Shown: positions 26,098 through 36,592, counted from the first letter of the stretch. The stretch is 64,000 nucleotides of DNA from Chitinophagales bacterium (GCA_035299425.1 DATGWP010000024.1:1120-65119), one strand, 5' to 3'. The notes: generated by a model not told the origin, from the sequence alone. Translations and numbers: made by a program.

Positions 26098-27459
26098 TTA
26101 ATTAGAAAACCTGATAGTAAATTTGGTGCCAATACCAATGGTAGACTCTACCTTAATAGAAAATTTATGGGCCTTGAGAATACGGTGAGCCAGTGCCAGC
26201 CCGATACCAAAACCTTTTACCTTATCCACGCCCGGCGAACGGTAGAAAGGTTCAAAAATGAAAGGGAGGGTTTCTGCCGGTATGCCCGGCCCCTTATCGG
26301 CAATTGATAAAGATATTGACTCTCCTTCTATCATTAGGTTTAGCTGTGCCGTGCCATCCTGCGAATATTTGCAGGCATTCTCTACAATATTTTTTATGGC
26401 TGTAGTCAGCAACTGCCGGTTCCCATAAAAAATTAACTGTTCATCACTTTGTGGTGGATTGGTAAGGTGTATATGCACCTGATAGGCGGGGTACTGCTGC
26501 CTGACAAGTGTTCGGATGTCAAATAACAATTCATCTATGCGCAAAGGGCTGTGAGCCACCACATGGTTAGTTTGCAATCTCGAAAAATTCAACAAATCCT
26601 GTATCATCAATATCAGGTCGTCTAAGTCCTCCAGTACAGAATGCATAGTTTCCCTGTACGATTCGCTATTCCGGTTTTGAATAAGGCTAACCTCCAGTTG
26701 AGATTTAATTTTGGTAAGCGGATTAAACAGCTCGTGCGATGCATTAGATACAAAACCACGCTGCATATTGAAAGAATCTTCCAGCTTATCAAACAAGCCG
26801 TTGAATGTAGATACCAAATCGGCTATTTCATCTTTCTCGGTTAAAGGAACTAATCGCTCAGAATGTTCTACCGGCGACAGGTTTCGCACATTGGTTATAA
26901 TAGTAGTAATGGGATGTAGTGCCTGACCAACAAAAAACCAACCCATAATAAGTGTAACAAACATAGCTGCTACCAGCGTAATAAAAAGCCCGGTACGTAC
27001 TTTGCGTAGCAGCATATCTCCTTTTACATCAATTGCACCGGCAGTTACCACTACATCGGTACCATTACTATGCAGATATATACCAACCACTTTATGAGGC
27101 CCTTCGGCATATCTCACATACTTCTTGCTTCGTATTTCGGCAAACAGCCCAGGCGAAGTTTTAAAATATACGCTATCGTTATTGGTATAAATTTCGTGGT
27201 TAGATGCATTGTAAATAGAAATATTCTCGTGGCTAAGCAAGTCATATTCCGAGCGGTCTATACTTTTTAAAATAGCTGAATCAACTTCATTTACTTTAAG
27301 TAGCAAGTCAGCAGTAATACGGGCCTTTTCTTCAAGTCTGCTATAAAATTCCTGCTGGCTATAACTTTGTATAGATATATAACTTACAAAAGATAACACA
27401 AACACAAGGGCCATAACCAGCATAGTAAAATAAACAGTTAGCCTTGGCTGAATAGTCAT
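26098..27459 (-). CDS. Two-component sensor histidine kinase
   Basis: 453 aa. Two TM segments, HAMP-like linker, H-box SNASHELFNPLT, and HATPase_c G-boxes (DKGPGI, GFGIGLAL). Confidence 0.9.
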   Translation of the reverse strand: MTIQPRLTVYFTMLVMALVFVLSFVSYISIQSYSQQEFYSRLEEKARITADLLLKVNEVDSAILKSIDRSEYDLLSHENISIYNASNHEIYTNNDSVYFKTSPGLFAEIRSKKYVRYAEGPHKVVGIYLHSNGTDVVVTAGAIDVKGDMLLRKVRTGLFITLVAAMFVTLIMGWFFVGQALHPITTIITNVRNLSPVEHSERLVPLTEKDEIADLVSTFNGLFDKLEDSFNMQRGFVSNASHELFNPLTKIKSQLEVSLIQNRNSESYRETMHSVLEDLDDLILMIQDLLNFSRLQTNHVVAHSPLRIDELLFDIRTLVRQQYPAYQVHIHLTNPPQSDEQLIFYGNRQLLTTAIKNIVENACKYSQDGTAQLNLMIEGESISLSIADKGPGIPAETLPFIFEPFYRSPGVDKVKGFGIGLALAHRILKAHKFSIKVESTIGIGTKFTIRFSN

Positions 27460-27462
27460 GAC

Positions 27463-28140
27463 TCAATTTTCTTTTAAGATATAGCCAATGCCGTGTAGGT
27501 TGTGTATTAGCTTTTTACCAAATGGCTTATCCACTTTATTGCGTAGGTAATTGATATAAACTTCAACAATATTGGTTCCTGTTTCAAAATCAATATTCCA
27601 TATATCGCGCGCCAGGTCTGTTCTTGAGATGACTGTATTGGGCTTACGCATAAAATATTCCAACAATTTAAACTCCTGCGCGGTTAAGGTTACCGTAGTA
27701 CCGGCACGTGTCACTTGCTTTAGCTTAAGGTTCACTTCAATATCAGCAAAATGTAATATATCTATAAATTCAGTATGCGGCGCCGAGCGTTTAAGCAGCC
27801 TGCGAATCCGCGCCAGCAATTCGCGAAAATCGAAAGGCTTTGTAAGATAATCGTCGGCACCTGCATCCAGACCTGTTACCACATTATCTTTCGAATCTAT
27901 AGCAGTAAGTAATAAAATCGGAATACTTGGATGTATCGCCCGGATGCGTTTACACAACTCTATACCCGTAATTCCAGGCATAATTATATCCGATACTATA
28001 AGTTGATACTTACCCCCGCTGAATTGTGCAAGACCATCCAGACCATCGTAAGCTACATCTACAGTATATCCACTATCCTCCAATCCCTTTTTCAGAGCAT
28101 TAGCAGTTTTTGTTTCGTCTTCTACAATTAAAATATTCAT
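27463..28140 (-). CDS. OmpR-family response regulator
   Basis: 225 aa. Receiver domain (ILIVEDE...DIIMPG..G) plus a winged-helix trans_reg_C domain (LT..EFKLLEYFMR..., HGIGYIL). Confidence 0.92.
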   Translation of the reverse strand: MNILIVEDETKTANALKKGLEDSGYTVDVAYDGLDGLAQFSGGKYQLIVSDIIMPGITGIELCKRIRAIHPSIPILLLTAIDSKDNVVTGLDAGADDYLTKPFDFRELLARIRRLLKRSAPHTEFIDILHFADIEVNLKLKQVTRAGTTVTLTAQEFKLLEYFMRKPNTVISRTDLARDIWNIDFETGTNIVEVYINYLRNKVDKPFGKKLIHNLHGIGYILKEN

Positions 28141-28489
28141 GTATCAAAAGTATGAGTGGCAACTACGAAGTAAGTTAGAAATTAGTTAGAAGAAATTCCT
28201 TCACACATTATACGTAGCATGTTTCCAAATGAATAGAAAACCAATGGATTTTTTACGTTGTTTTTAAAAACAAGACCCGTTGGTTTAATTCCACAAAATT
28301 ACTGCGTACTTTTCGCCATCACCTCACAGTTACTCAAATTTGGACAAAATTCCGATGGCAAAGCCTTTGCAATTTAACATTTGAGGACTCAAAGGACCAC
28401 TGGGTTCAAAGCATTTATATGCTAAAATCACTGAATTCAGTTATTGCGATTGAATTTATTTAAATAAACCTTTGAGAACCCAATTAGTT

Positions 28490-28783
28490 ATGAAGAAGAT
28501 AGCGGCGAAGGTTAAAAAAAACAAGACTAAAAAGAAAGCAAACGGATTTGCCGGAAAAAAGTTGAAGGTCCTTAAAAGGACCAAAGTGAGTGTTTTAAGC
28601 GAGCGGGAAACCGAAATATTGCAGAACATGGCCAATGGCTTATCCAGTAAAAATATAGCTGATAAGCTATGCATCAGTTTTGATACTGTGGAATCGCATC
28701 GTAAAAGTATTCACCGAAAAATAGGTGTGAATACGGCAACAGAGGCTATAGCATTTGGATTTAGAAACGGACTATTGAATTAA
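28490..28783 (+). CDS. LuxR/GerE-family HTH protein (solo DNA-binding domain with basic N-terminal tail)
   Basis: LSERETEILQNMANGLSSKNIADKLCISFDTVESHRKSIHRKIG. The first ATG is at 28490; the track start at 28472 is a TTG. Confidence 0.8.
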   Translation: MKKIAAKVKKNKTKKKANGFAGKKLKVLKRTKVSVLSERETEILQNMANGLSSKNIADKLCISFDTVESHRKSIHRKIGVNTATEAIAFGFRNGLLN

Positions 28784-28835
28784 CAACCAATTATCTGCCT
28801 TAGCGCGGCCCATAATTGTTCTTAACCCCCTAAAA

Positions 28836-29306
28836 ATGGAACATTTTGTAGCCCCTTATGTGCTCATGGTAGACGATGATGAGGATGACCGCAGCTTGTT
28901 TGCCGAAACTTTTACACACGCTGCCCCGATGGCAAAATTATACCAATTGAGCAGTGGTGCTGCACTTATTCAACATCTGAAAAAAAATCCTTTACCCGAA
29001 ATGATTTTTTTAGATCTGAATATGCCCTGTATTAGTGGGTTTGAATGCTTAATGCATATTAGAAGTGATTCAGAATTAAGCAACATTCCGGTTATTATTT
29101 ATACCACCTCAATGGCTTATATAGATATTGAAGAAGCATTTCACAAAGGTGCCACCTTTTTCCTGCCCAAGCCCGCCAACCTATCCTGCCTGGCCCAGGC
29201 CATACAACATCTTTACGCCTTAAACTTAAAAACCCACCAAACGAATAAAAGTGACTTTGTATTGACATTTCAGTCGCGTCAGAAGGTCCATAAAAGCTAT
29301 TTATAG
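28836..29306 (+). CDS. Stand-alone response-regulator receiver domain protein
   Basis: 156 aa. VLMVDDDEDD...IFLDLNMPCISGFE...PVIIYTTS...K receiver motifs. No output domain. Confidence 0.8.
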   Translation: MEHFVAPYVLMVDDDEDDRSLFAETFTHAAPMAKLYQLSSGAALIQHLKKNPLPEMIFLDLNMPCISGFECLMHIRSDSELSNIPVIIYTTSMAYIDIEEAFHKGATFFLPKPANLSCLAQAIQHLYALNLKTHQTNKSDFVLTFQSRQKVHKSYL

Positions 29307-29322
29307 TGCAGTAATGCACCAG

Positions 29323-29356
29323 CAAAAAAATGCCGCACCCAATTAGGGTGCGGCAT
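29323..29356 (-). terminator. Rho-independent terminator after the 1127-aa T9SS cargo gene (possibly bidirectional)
   Basis: Perfect 11-bp stem ATGCCGCACCC (29330-29340) / GGGTGCGGCAT (29346-29356). On the minus strand it is followed by UUUUUUU. Confidence 0.75.
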
Positions 29357-29377
29357 GGCTGTAAAAAAATCTTCGGC

Positions 29378-32300
29378 TTACTCTATCACCAGATTGTAGC
29401 TGGCAGAGCCCTTCGGCGTATTTACATTTACAATATAAATGCCTTTTGTAAACTGGTTTAGATTAAAGGTATGGCTATAACCCGATGCTATGCTTATACC
29501 ATTCCATTGCTGGAAAGTGCGGCCGGTAACATCCATAATAGCTACTTCCATTTTCCCCTCTACACCAATTGATTTAAGCGTAACAAAATCGCTTGAAGGA
29601 TTAGGATACAATACAATTGAGCCCTGGCTTAACTGATTAATACCAACGCAAACAAAAACTACGATACCTGCTTCAGCCGTGTCGGCACAACCATTAACAT
29701 CGGTAAACGCATACGATATAACGTTGTTGCCTATTGTAGTAGGAGCAAATTCATTATTTGTAACACCTACGCCAAAGAAACTGCCACCGGCAGGGCTTCC
29801 GCCACTAAGTGTAACTGCACCTTCGCCAAAACAGGCTGAGTCTACGGGCAAAGTAAGTGTAACTGTAGGTATGGTATTAATGGTTACATCTACTTCATCG
29901 GTAGCGGTACAGGTATTGGCATCGGTAATGGTTACCGAGTAAGTACCGCTGGCTGATACAACAAGCGTTTGTGCGCTGCTGTTATCGCTCCAGTCGTAGG
30001 TAGCGCCTGCATTGCCGGCATCAAGGGTGGTAGTGCCACCACATTGGGTAACATCGCTGCCAAGGTCTACCGAAGGTACTGTGTTGATCGTTACATCTAC
30101 TTCATCGGTAGCGGTACAAGTATTGGCATCGGTAATAGTTACCGAGTAAGTACCGCTGGCTGATACAACAAGCGTTTGTGCGCTGCTGTTATCGCTCCAA
30201 TCGTAGGTAGCGCCTGCATTGCCGGCATCAAGTGCGGTAGTGCCACCACATTGGGTAACATCGCTGCCAAGGTCTACAGTAGGTATCGTGTTGATGGTTA
30301 CATCTACTTCACCTGTAGCAGTGCAGGTATTGGCATCGGTAATGGTAACCGAGTAAGTACCGCTGGCTGATACAACAAGCGTTTGTGCGCTGCTGTTATC
30401 GCTCCAGTCGTAGGTAGCGCCTGCATTGCCGGCATCAAGTGTGGTAGTGCCACCGCATTGGGTAACATCGCTGCCAAGGTCTACTGTAGGTACGGTGTTG
30501 ATGGTTACATCTACTTCATCTGTAGCAGTACAGGTATTGGCATCTGTAATAGTTACCGAGTAAGTACCACTGGCTGATACAACCAGCGTTTGCGCACTGC
30601 TGTTATCGCTCCAATCGTAGGTAGAGCCTGCGTTGCCAGCATTCAGCGTAGTAGTGCCACCGCATTGGGTAACATCGTTGCCAAGGTCGACGGTAGGTAC
30701 TGTGTTGATGGTTACATCTACTTCATCGCTAGCAGTACAGGTATTGGCGTCGGTGATAGTTACTGAGTAAGTACCGCTGGCGGATACAACAAGCGTTTGA
30801 GCGCTGCTGTTATCGCTCCAATCGTAGGTAGCGCCCGCATTGCCGGCATCAAGTGTAGTAGTGCCACCACATTGGGTAACATCGCTGCCAAGGTCTACCG
30901 TAGGTACGGCGTTGATAGTTACATCTACTTCATCGCTGGCAGTACAAATATTTACATCGGTAATGGTGACCGAATAAGTACCGCTGGCGGATACAACAAG
31001 CGTTTGCGCACTGCTGTTATCGCTCCAATCGTAGGTAGCGCCTGCATTGCCGGCATCTAAGGTAGTGGTACCACCGCATTGAATAACATCGCTGCCAAGG
31101 TCTACCGTAGGTACCGGGTTAATAGTTACATCTACTTCATCGGTAGCGGTACAGGTATTGGCATCGGTTACAGTTACCGAGTAGGTACCGCTGGCAGTAG
31201 CTACAAGTATCTGGGCGCTGCTATTATCGCTCCATGCATAGGTAGCACCTGCATTACCGGCAAACAAGCCAGCAGTGCCGCCGCATTGTACAACATCGTT
31301 GCCAAGGTCTACGGTAGGTACTGTGTTGATGGTTACATCTACTTCATCGCTAGCGCTACAGTTGTTTGCATCTGTTACCGTAACTGTATAGGTATTGGTT
31401 GATGAAGCTACAAGTGTTTGGCTGCTAGTAGCATTGCTCCAGCTATAAGCAGCACCTGCATTGCCAGCATCGAGGGTAACAGTACCTCCACATTGCGTTA
31501 CATCATTACCCAATGCCACAACAGGGTTGCTTACGTTAGTAAGCGTTTTGCCTACAGCAGCAGAATCGGCACAACCTGTAAGGTTGGTTTTAACCATGTT
31601 GTAGGTTCCAGGCGTGCTGGTAGTATAGGTATTAGAATTAGCCAAAGGAATAAGGTTACCATCTACATACCACTGGCTGGTTCCGCCCGAAGTGCCGGTA
31701 AGCGTAACACTGCCACCCGGGCATATTCCGTTGAACCCGCTAATGGTAACCACCGGAACTGCATTAACTCTAACGGCTTTGCTCCAGAAAGTATCCGGGG
31801 CACAACCACCATAATCCAGCAATACATTTACGGTATAGTTGCCCGGGCCATTGTAGGTGTGCGTTCCGCTACCCGACTGAACAGTATCGCGCGAGCCATC
31901 GCCCCATGCATAAATTACTTTATAATCATTTACGCCGGCAGCTCCTATATTTATAGCTGTACCGTTGCAAACAGAATCATCTTCGATAGCAAAAGCCGGT
32001 GGCATAACCAGGCCTCTTAAATCATCTGGGTTAGAGCCAAACTGAGGCCCCCATTGACCAGATGTTTTTATTAAATTAAAAGAACTGCTTATGTTAGAGA
32101 TAAGGAAAGTATCAGCACGCCAGTGCATGGCACCAAATGTTTCGCCATTTGTAGTACCGGTAATAGGAATATTAGTAGCTGTATAAGGGGCAGTGGCCAA
32201 TACTTTTTCGAACACTACAGTGGTATTACCCGACCAGTGGTAAATCAAATCATCTACAGGATTATAGCATATTACCTCACCATCGGCCCCTGCACCCAGC

Positions 32301-32761
32301 GCTGCGGCCAGGGTTTTGTTGCCATTGGTTTTATCAATTTCGTAGAGTGTTTCAGGTACTGTGGCACCGTTGCCGGTTACACCAAACAGCTGACCATCTT
32401 TACGGAAGGTGATTGACGAAAAATTATCGCCCAGGTTACCTACCTGTGTGCATACACCTGTAGGCAGGTCGATGGTGCAAAGCACCCTGCCGGTTACACC
32501 GCTTACTTTACAAATAATATACGTTTTAAACTCACACGGGTCGAAAGCCATACCATTCATACCCGTGATAGTAAAGCCCGGAAGCGTGGGCCCTATACGG
32601 TCCTCTATCTGAAAAGTAACAGGGTCTAAAGACCACAAAGAATCCTGGAAAGGGCTTGCTCCCCAAATCTTTGTTTCAGGGGGATAAGTTTGGCCAAAAG
32701 CGGAAACGGACATCCACAGGGCCAAACATAACGATGTTAAAAGGGTAAAGATTTTTTTCAT
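29378..32761 (-). CDS. T9SS type-A cargo: secreted protein with an N-terminal propeller-like region, a PKD-like domain, 8 near-identical 69-aa repeats and a Por_Secre_tail CTD
   Basis: 1127 aa. Signal peptide MKKIFTLLTSLCLALWMSVSAFGQ. Repeat unit VDLGSDVTQCGGTTTLDAGNAGATYDWSDNSSAQTLVVSASGTYSVTITDANTCTATDEVDVTIN. C-terminus IVLYPNPSSDFVTLKS...IYIVNVNT. Confidence 0.85.
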   Translation of the reverse strand: MKKIFTLLTSLCLALWMSVSAFGQTYPPETKIWGASPFQDSLWSLDPVTFQIEDRIGPTLPGFTITGMNGMAFDPCEFKTYIICKVSGVTGRVLCTIDLPTGVCTQVGNLGDNFSSITFRKDGQLFGVTGNGATVPETLYEIDKTNGNKTLAAALGAGADGEVICYNPVDDLIYHWSGNTTVVFEKVLATAPYTATNIPITGTTNGETFGAMHWRADTFLISNISSSFNLIKTSGQWGPQFGSNPDDLRGLVMPPAFAIEDDSVCNGTAINIGAAGVNDYKVIYAWGDGSRDTVQSGSGTHTYNGPGNYTVNVLLDYGGCAPDTFWSKAVRVNAVPVVTISGFNGICPGGSVTLTGTSGGTSQWYVDGNLIPLANSNTYTTSTPGTYNMVKTNLTGCADSAAVGKTLTNVSNPVVALGNDVTQCGGTVTLDAGNAGAAYSWSNATSSQTLVASSTNTYTVTVTDANNCSASDEVDVTINTVPTVDLGNDVVQCGGTAGLFAGNAGATYAWSDNSSAQILVATASGTYSVTVTDANTCTATDEVDVTINPVPTVDLGSDVIQCGGTTTLDAGNAGATYDWSDNSSAQTLVVSASGTYSVTITDVNICTASDEVDVTINAVPTVDLGSDVTQCGGTTTLDAGNAGATYDWSDNSSAQTLVVSASGTYSVTITDANTCTASDEVDVTINTVPTVDLGNDVTQCGGTTTLNAGNAGSTYDWSDNSSAQTLVVSASGTYSVTITDANTCTATDEVDVTINTVPTVDLGSDVTQCGGTTTLDAGNAGATYDWSDNSSAQTLVVSASGTYSVTITDANTCTATGEVDVTINTIPTVDLGSDVTQCGGTTALDAGNAGATYDWSDNSSAQTLVVSASGTYSVTITDANTCTATDEVDVTINTVPSVDLGSDVTQCGGTTTLDAGNAGATYDWSDNSSAQTLVVSASGTYSVTITDANTCTATDEVDVTINTIPTVTLTLPVDSACFGEGAVTLSGGSPAGGSFFGVGVTNNEFAPTTIGNNVISYAFTDVNGCADTAEAGIVVFVCVGINQLSQGSIVLYPNPSSDFVTLKSIGVEGKMEVAIMDVTGRTFQQWNGISIASGYSHTFNLNQFTKGIYIVNVNTPKGSASYNLVIE
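29879..31534 (-). repeat. 8 tandem in-frame copies of a 207-bp (69-aa) unit; copies 3-8 are nearly identical
   Basis: Plus-strand shadow ORFs recur at 29969, 30176 and 30383 (exactly 207-bp spacing). Protein units differ at only 0-4 residues among copies 3-8. Confidence 0.9.
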
Positions 32762-32891
32762 AACTGTGCTTTTAAGTAAAGAGAATATTGCCGAGCCTAA
32801 AAATAAGCTTTTATAACTACGGGTGATACCTGCCAGTCGGATATAAATAATGTCTTATCAACAGTGTCAGTACAGGTACTATCTCCTGCTT

Positions 32892-35800
32892 CTATCTTAT
32901 CAGCGTAAGGTTGCCCTTCTTCTCCAATAGTTTGCCGTTGCGGTCGCGGGCGGTGATGTAGTAAACAAAGGTACCTACCTGCTGCATAGCACCTTTGTAG
33001 GTACCATCCCAGCCACTGGTGCTAAGTTCGCTAAGGTCGCGCGAGTTGTAAACTACCTCGCCCCACCGGTTGTAAATACGTATTTCGTATTGCTCTATAT
33101 TTTTACCAAATACTATAAAGCGGTCGTTATTGCCATCATTGCCCGGTGTAAATGCCTGTGGAACTTTCAGGTAGCTTTCGCAGGCACCTATATCAATTTT
33201 TACAGTATCGCTTACAGTGCAGCCGCTATCGGTAGCTATTAATATATATTCTACACCGGTAGCATTATTAAACTGCGGGTTTAGGATAGTAACATCGCTA
33301 AGGCCAGTGGCTGGTGTCCATTGCACGTTAGATGTAGAAGCAGTGGCCTGCAGCATTACCGTTTCGCCATCGCAAAGGCTGGTATCTGCACCTGCATTTA
33401 CACTGATGCTAATCACATTAATAAACATTGAATCTATACTACTGCAGCCAATAGCATCGGTGCCACGCAAATAGTAACGGGCAGGCTGATTATTGTTCCA
33501 TACCGGGTTTGGTACATCGGTAGCGCTAAGCCCATCGGCAGGTGTCCATTCTATAGTTGGGGCGGTAGTTACACCCTGCATTACATAATTGCTGCCGGCA
33601 CATATCAATGTGTCGGGGCCGGCATCTACTACCGGTACCGGGTTTACGGTGAGCGCTACGGTATCGCGGTTTTTACATCCGCTGGTATCGGCTACCTGCA
33701 GGTAGAACAGGGCGTCCTGCGTGGCAGGGAAACGGATTACAGGAGTAGTGTCGCCGGTGTTCCAGTAATACGATAAGCCAGCCTTGGTAGAATAGTAAAT
33801 GCGGATATTGACAACACGCGGGCCAATGAAGGCACCAAACGGATAATTGTTGGCTGTGCCCTGCACAAAATCTATAATGCCATCGCTTTTATAAACAGTG
33901 CCTGCCACATTGTTGCCGGGGCTGTAGGCCTGGTTTACCACCGGTGCCGTATTGGTAGTGGTTACATAAAAAGCAAAGGTATCGCCATTGGCAATGGCCT
34001 GATTAACCTGCACAGGTATAACTGTAAACTGCCCAACCGGGGATGGCTGGAAGTTATTATACGCCCCCAACTGGTTCCAGCTAAACTGGCTCTGCTCGAA
34101 GGTGCGGTAGCTACCGCTCTTACCATAAATCTCCGCCTTGATAGGCTGAGCTGTAGAGTATTTAACCGCAAACGAATCGATGATTACATCGCCGTGGGCA
34201 ATGATATTGAACATGGCACCGGGCCTGCCCAAAGAAGCTGTAGCGGTATCAGATGTTGTAAAAAGTTTATCGAGGTCGCCAGAGGTAGCCCTTAACTCTA
34301 CAGTGTCGCCCGCACAGGCTTGCTTATCGTCGCCGGCGTTTACATTGAAGAGGGTAACCACGTTTACATTATAAGTGCCGCTATCGCCGCCACAATCGTT
34401 TAGTGAGAAGTTTCGCAGCGTGAAGGTGCCCAGTGAATCGAAGATTACGGTAGTCTGACTGTTGGCTTCATCCAATATAGAAACCCCATCGGGTGCATCC
34501 CAGTTGTAATAGGTTTCGGCCAGGTAGCCTACGTTATAAGTAACCGTATCGCCCAGGCACACCTGTATAGGGCCCGAGATAGTGGGCACTGGTTTGGTAA
34601 TTAAGGTAAGGCGACCGGCTGCCGAATAAGGGCCAAAACAGCCGAAATTCTTTTCGCGCACATAAAAGATGTAGGTACCCGGATTAGGCGGTGCCGTTGA
34701 AAAATCTACCAGCAAGGGATTATATTCCCATATAAACGGGTTACCGTTGTTAAGAATATTAGAAGCCCACTCATAATCTGATGGTGGATGATTAAAAGGG
34801 TCGATAGTAAGCCCCACGAGTAAATCATTGCACTCTACGGTATCATCCAGTAAAATATCGGGTGCTGTGGTATCGGGAGCACCAATGGTTACACGTATTA
34901 CGCTACCGGTTTGCCCCCAGGGCTGATTGCTGCAACTGCTTACTATGCGCATATAATAAGCACCCGGCGCTACGGGTAACGAGTCGCGCACCGATGGCAT
35001 ACATAACTGGAAATTTCCTCCTACGCTATCGTGGTAAACACCGAGGCCACCGCTGTTTTCCAGACCAAAGGTCATCATGCTGCGCAGCTCTATAGTCCAT
35101 TTATTGCAGGTATCGTAGCTGGCATCACTATTCCACTCATTAGGTTTTATGTTAAGTGTTTGACATAATGGATGCGGGCCCGACTGGATACAGAAGCTAA
35201 GGTCGGTGTGGTTGTTGGTTAGCTCATCGCACTGCGTTAAGCAGAAAGGCCCGATAACAGTACCAATAACTGCCGGCAGCGTAGATACTACGCGGATATA
35301 GTAACCGCAGCCCGGTGGCACGTTGGCCGGTATAAGGCCGCTGATAGTGCCGGGAGGACCGGGATAGGCCTGATCGGATGATAGCGTACCCAACTGATAG
35401 GGCGATGCAAAACTGCCATTGCTATCTGATAGTTGCGCGCGGTATACGTTAACCGGTGTGCCGGGGCCAAATACGCCAATGGAGTTAAACTTCACATCTA
35501 TTACGCTCAGCAGGCAGGTAGTATCGGCATCATTCATTACCGGTGCGCCCACCGTGGTAATAGTCTCCGGGCAATCTACAATTGTGAAACAGGCGCTGGC
35601 TGTGCCCACAATCTGGGGGTCGGGGCTAAGACGGTTAATGCGCACTTTAAAACAAGTACCCGCTACATTATCGGGCACCTGAAAACCAATAAAGCCATTT
35701 GTATCTGGTGCGAAAACAGTAAACACACCACCATTGAACGGTGTGCCGAAGTTACCATTGGCATCGCTCATTTCTATACGGTAAGTGCCATCGCACAAAG

Positions 35801-36569
35801 GCTGGCTTAGCGAATAGCCTATGGTTAAAAAATTATCCTGGCAAACCGTAGTAGGTATCAGCAGGTTTATAGAAACCGAAGCGGGGTTGTTAGGGTTGCT
35901 GTTAAACGTGCCCACGGCTATAATGTCATCTATACCAAACGATATATTGCTGGTGCCACCGTTGCCGCCATTAACCCACCTAAAGCCCATTTGCAGGTTC
36001 TGCACATTATCGAATGCAGGGTCCTGTATCACTTCATACTTCCATTTCGATTGGCCCGAGTATTCGGCCTGGCCGGTTTTAATCCAAGGGCCGCCATCTA
36101 TGCGGTAATAAACTTCGCCATAGGCATTAGAAGGCACGCCCTCGCATATCCAGAAGAAAGTAAAGATAACGTTGCTCATGCCCAGCGTGCAAAATGAATT
36201 GCCCAAAAAAGTAAACCTATCGCTGGCAGTGTTGGTGTTCCAGTTGCAGTTGGATACACCGTTAGAGCCTGCAGCCACAGAATCGTGTATGTGCAGATAT
36301 TTAGAAAACGGCGCACCGTTTATATTGCCACTGACTACACTATCCTGCCGAGGTGTGGCCGGATATAGCGGCGCACCATCATAGGCATTATTTACTATCC
36401 AACTGTTGTTGCCGGTATTGGTACCCACACCACCTGCATTGAAGTTGAATGAATTGGATGGGCCATCAAAGCCCTCGGTAAGCAGCAAAATTTGCTGCTG
36501 GGCGTGGGTGGCAGAGAAAAGAAAAGCGCTAAGTAGTAGTAGGTGTATTTTTTTCACTAGGCTATGCAT
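32892..36569 (-). CDS. T9SS type-B cargo: large surface protein with a gliding-motility-associated C-terminal domain (CHU_C/TIGR04131-like)
   Basis: 1225 aa. Signal peptide. C-terminus PQAFTPGNDGNNDRFIVFGKNIEQYEIRIYNRWGEVVY...WDGTYKG...VGTFVYYI...KKGNLTLIR is the type-B CTD signature. Confidence 0.85.
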   Translation of the reverse strand: MHSLVKKIHLLLLSAFLFSATHAQQQILLLTEGFDGPSNSFNFNAGGVGTNTGNNSWIVNNAYDGAPLYPATPRQDSVVSGNINGAPFSKYLHIHDSVAAGSNGVSNCNWNTNTASDRFTFLGNSFCTLGMSNVIFTFFWICEGVPSNAYGEVYYRIDGGPWIKTGQAEYSGQSKWKYEVIQDPAFDNVQNLQMGFRWVNGGNGGTSNISFGIDDIIAVGTFNSNPNNPASVSINLLIPTTVCQDNFLTIGYSLSQPLCDGTYRIEMSDANGNFGTPFNGGVFTVFAPDTNGFIGFQVPDNVAGTCFKVRINRLSPDPQIVGTASACFTIVDCPETITTVGAPVMNDADTTCLLSVIDVKFNSIGVFGPGTPVNVYRAQLSDSNGSFASPYQLGTLSSDQAYPGPPGTISGLIPANVPPGCGYYIRVVSTLPAVIGTVIGPFCLTQCDELTNNHTDLSFCIQSGPHPLCQTLNIKPNEWNSDASYDTCNKWTIELRSMMTFGLENSGGLGVYHDSVGGNFQLCMPSVRDSLPVAPGAYYMRIVSSCSNQPWGQTGSVIRVTIGAPDTTAPDILLDDTVECNDLLVGLTIDPFNHPPSDYEWASNILNNGNPFIWEYNPLLVDFSTAPPNPGTYIFYVREKNFGCFGPYSAAGRLTLITKPVPTISGPIQVCLGDTVTYNVGYLAETYYNWDAPDGVSILDEANSQTTVIFDSLGTFTLRNFSLNDCGGDSGTYNVNVVTLFNVNAGDDKQACAGDTVELRATSGDLDKLFTTSDTATASLGRPGAMFNIIAHGDVIIDSFAVKYSTAQPIKAEIYGKSGSYRTFEQSQFSWNQLGAYNNFQPSPVGQFTVIPVQVNQAIANGDTFAFYVTTTNTAPVVNQAYSPGNNVAGTVYKSDGIIDFVQGTANNYPFGAFIGPRVVNIRIYYSTKAGLSYYWNTGDTTPVIRFPATQDALFYLQVADTSGCKNRDTVALTVNPVPVVDAGPDTLICAGSNYVMQGVTTAPTIEWTPADGLSATDVPNPVWNNNQPARYYLRGTDAIGCSSIDSMFINVISISVNAGADTSLCDGETVMLQATASTSNVQWTPATGLSDVTILNPQFNNATGVEYILIATDSGCTVSDTVKIDIGACESYLKVPQAFTPGNDGNNDRFIVFGKNIEQYEIRIYNRWGEVVYNSRDLSELSTSGWDGTYKGAMQQVGTFVYYITARDRNGKLLEKKGNLTLIR

Positions 36570-36592
36570 GCTTTAAACAAAATGGGTAGTAT

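Noticed and set aside
28472-28489. TTG start for the LuxR-type ORF
   Set aside because: An in-frame ATG six codons downstream (28490) gives MKKIAAKV... and is the more conventional start. Either start leaves the HTH domain intact.
29879-31534. Could the regular 207-bp repeats be a CRISPR array?
   Set aside because: The units are contiguous with no unique spacers. They are far longer than CRISPR repeats and lie in-frame within a long ORF. No cas genes are present in the window.
29679-32612. Plus-strand ORFs of 64-200 aa inside the 1127-aa cargo gene
   Set aside because: They are reverse-frame artifacts of the 207-bp repeats, shown by the exact 207-bp spacing of near-identical 64-aa products. 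The minus-strand ORF has a signal peptide, domains and a T9SS CTD.
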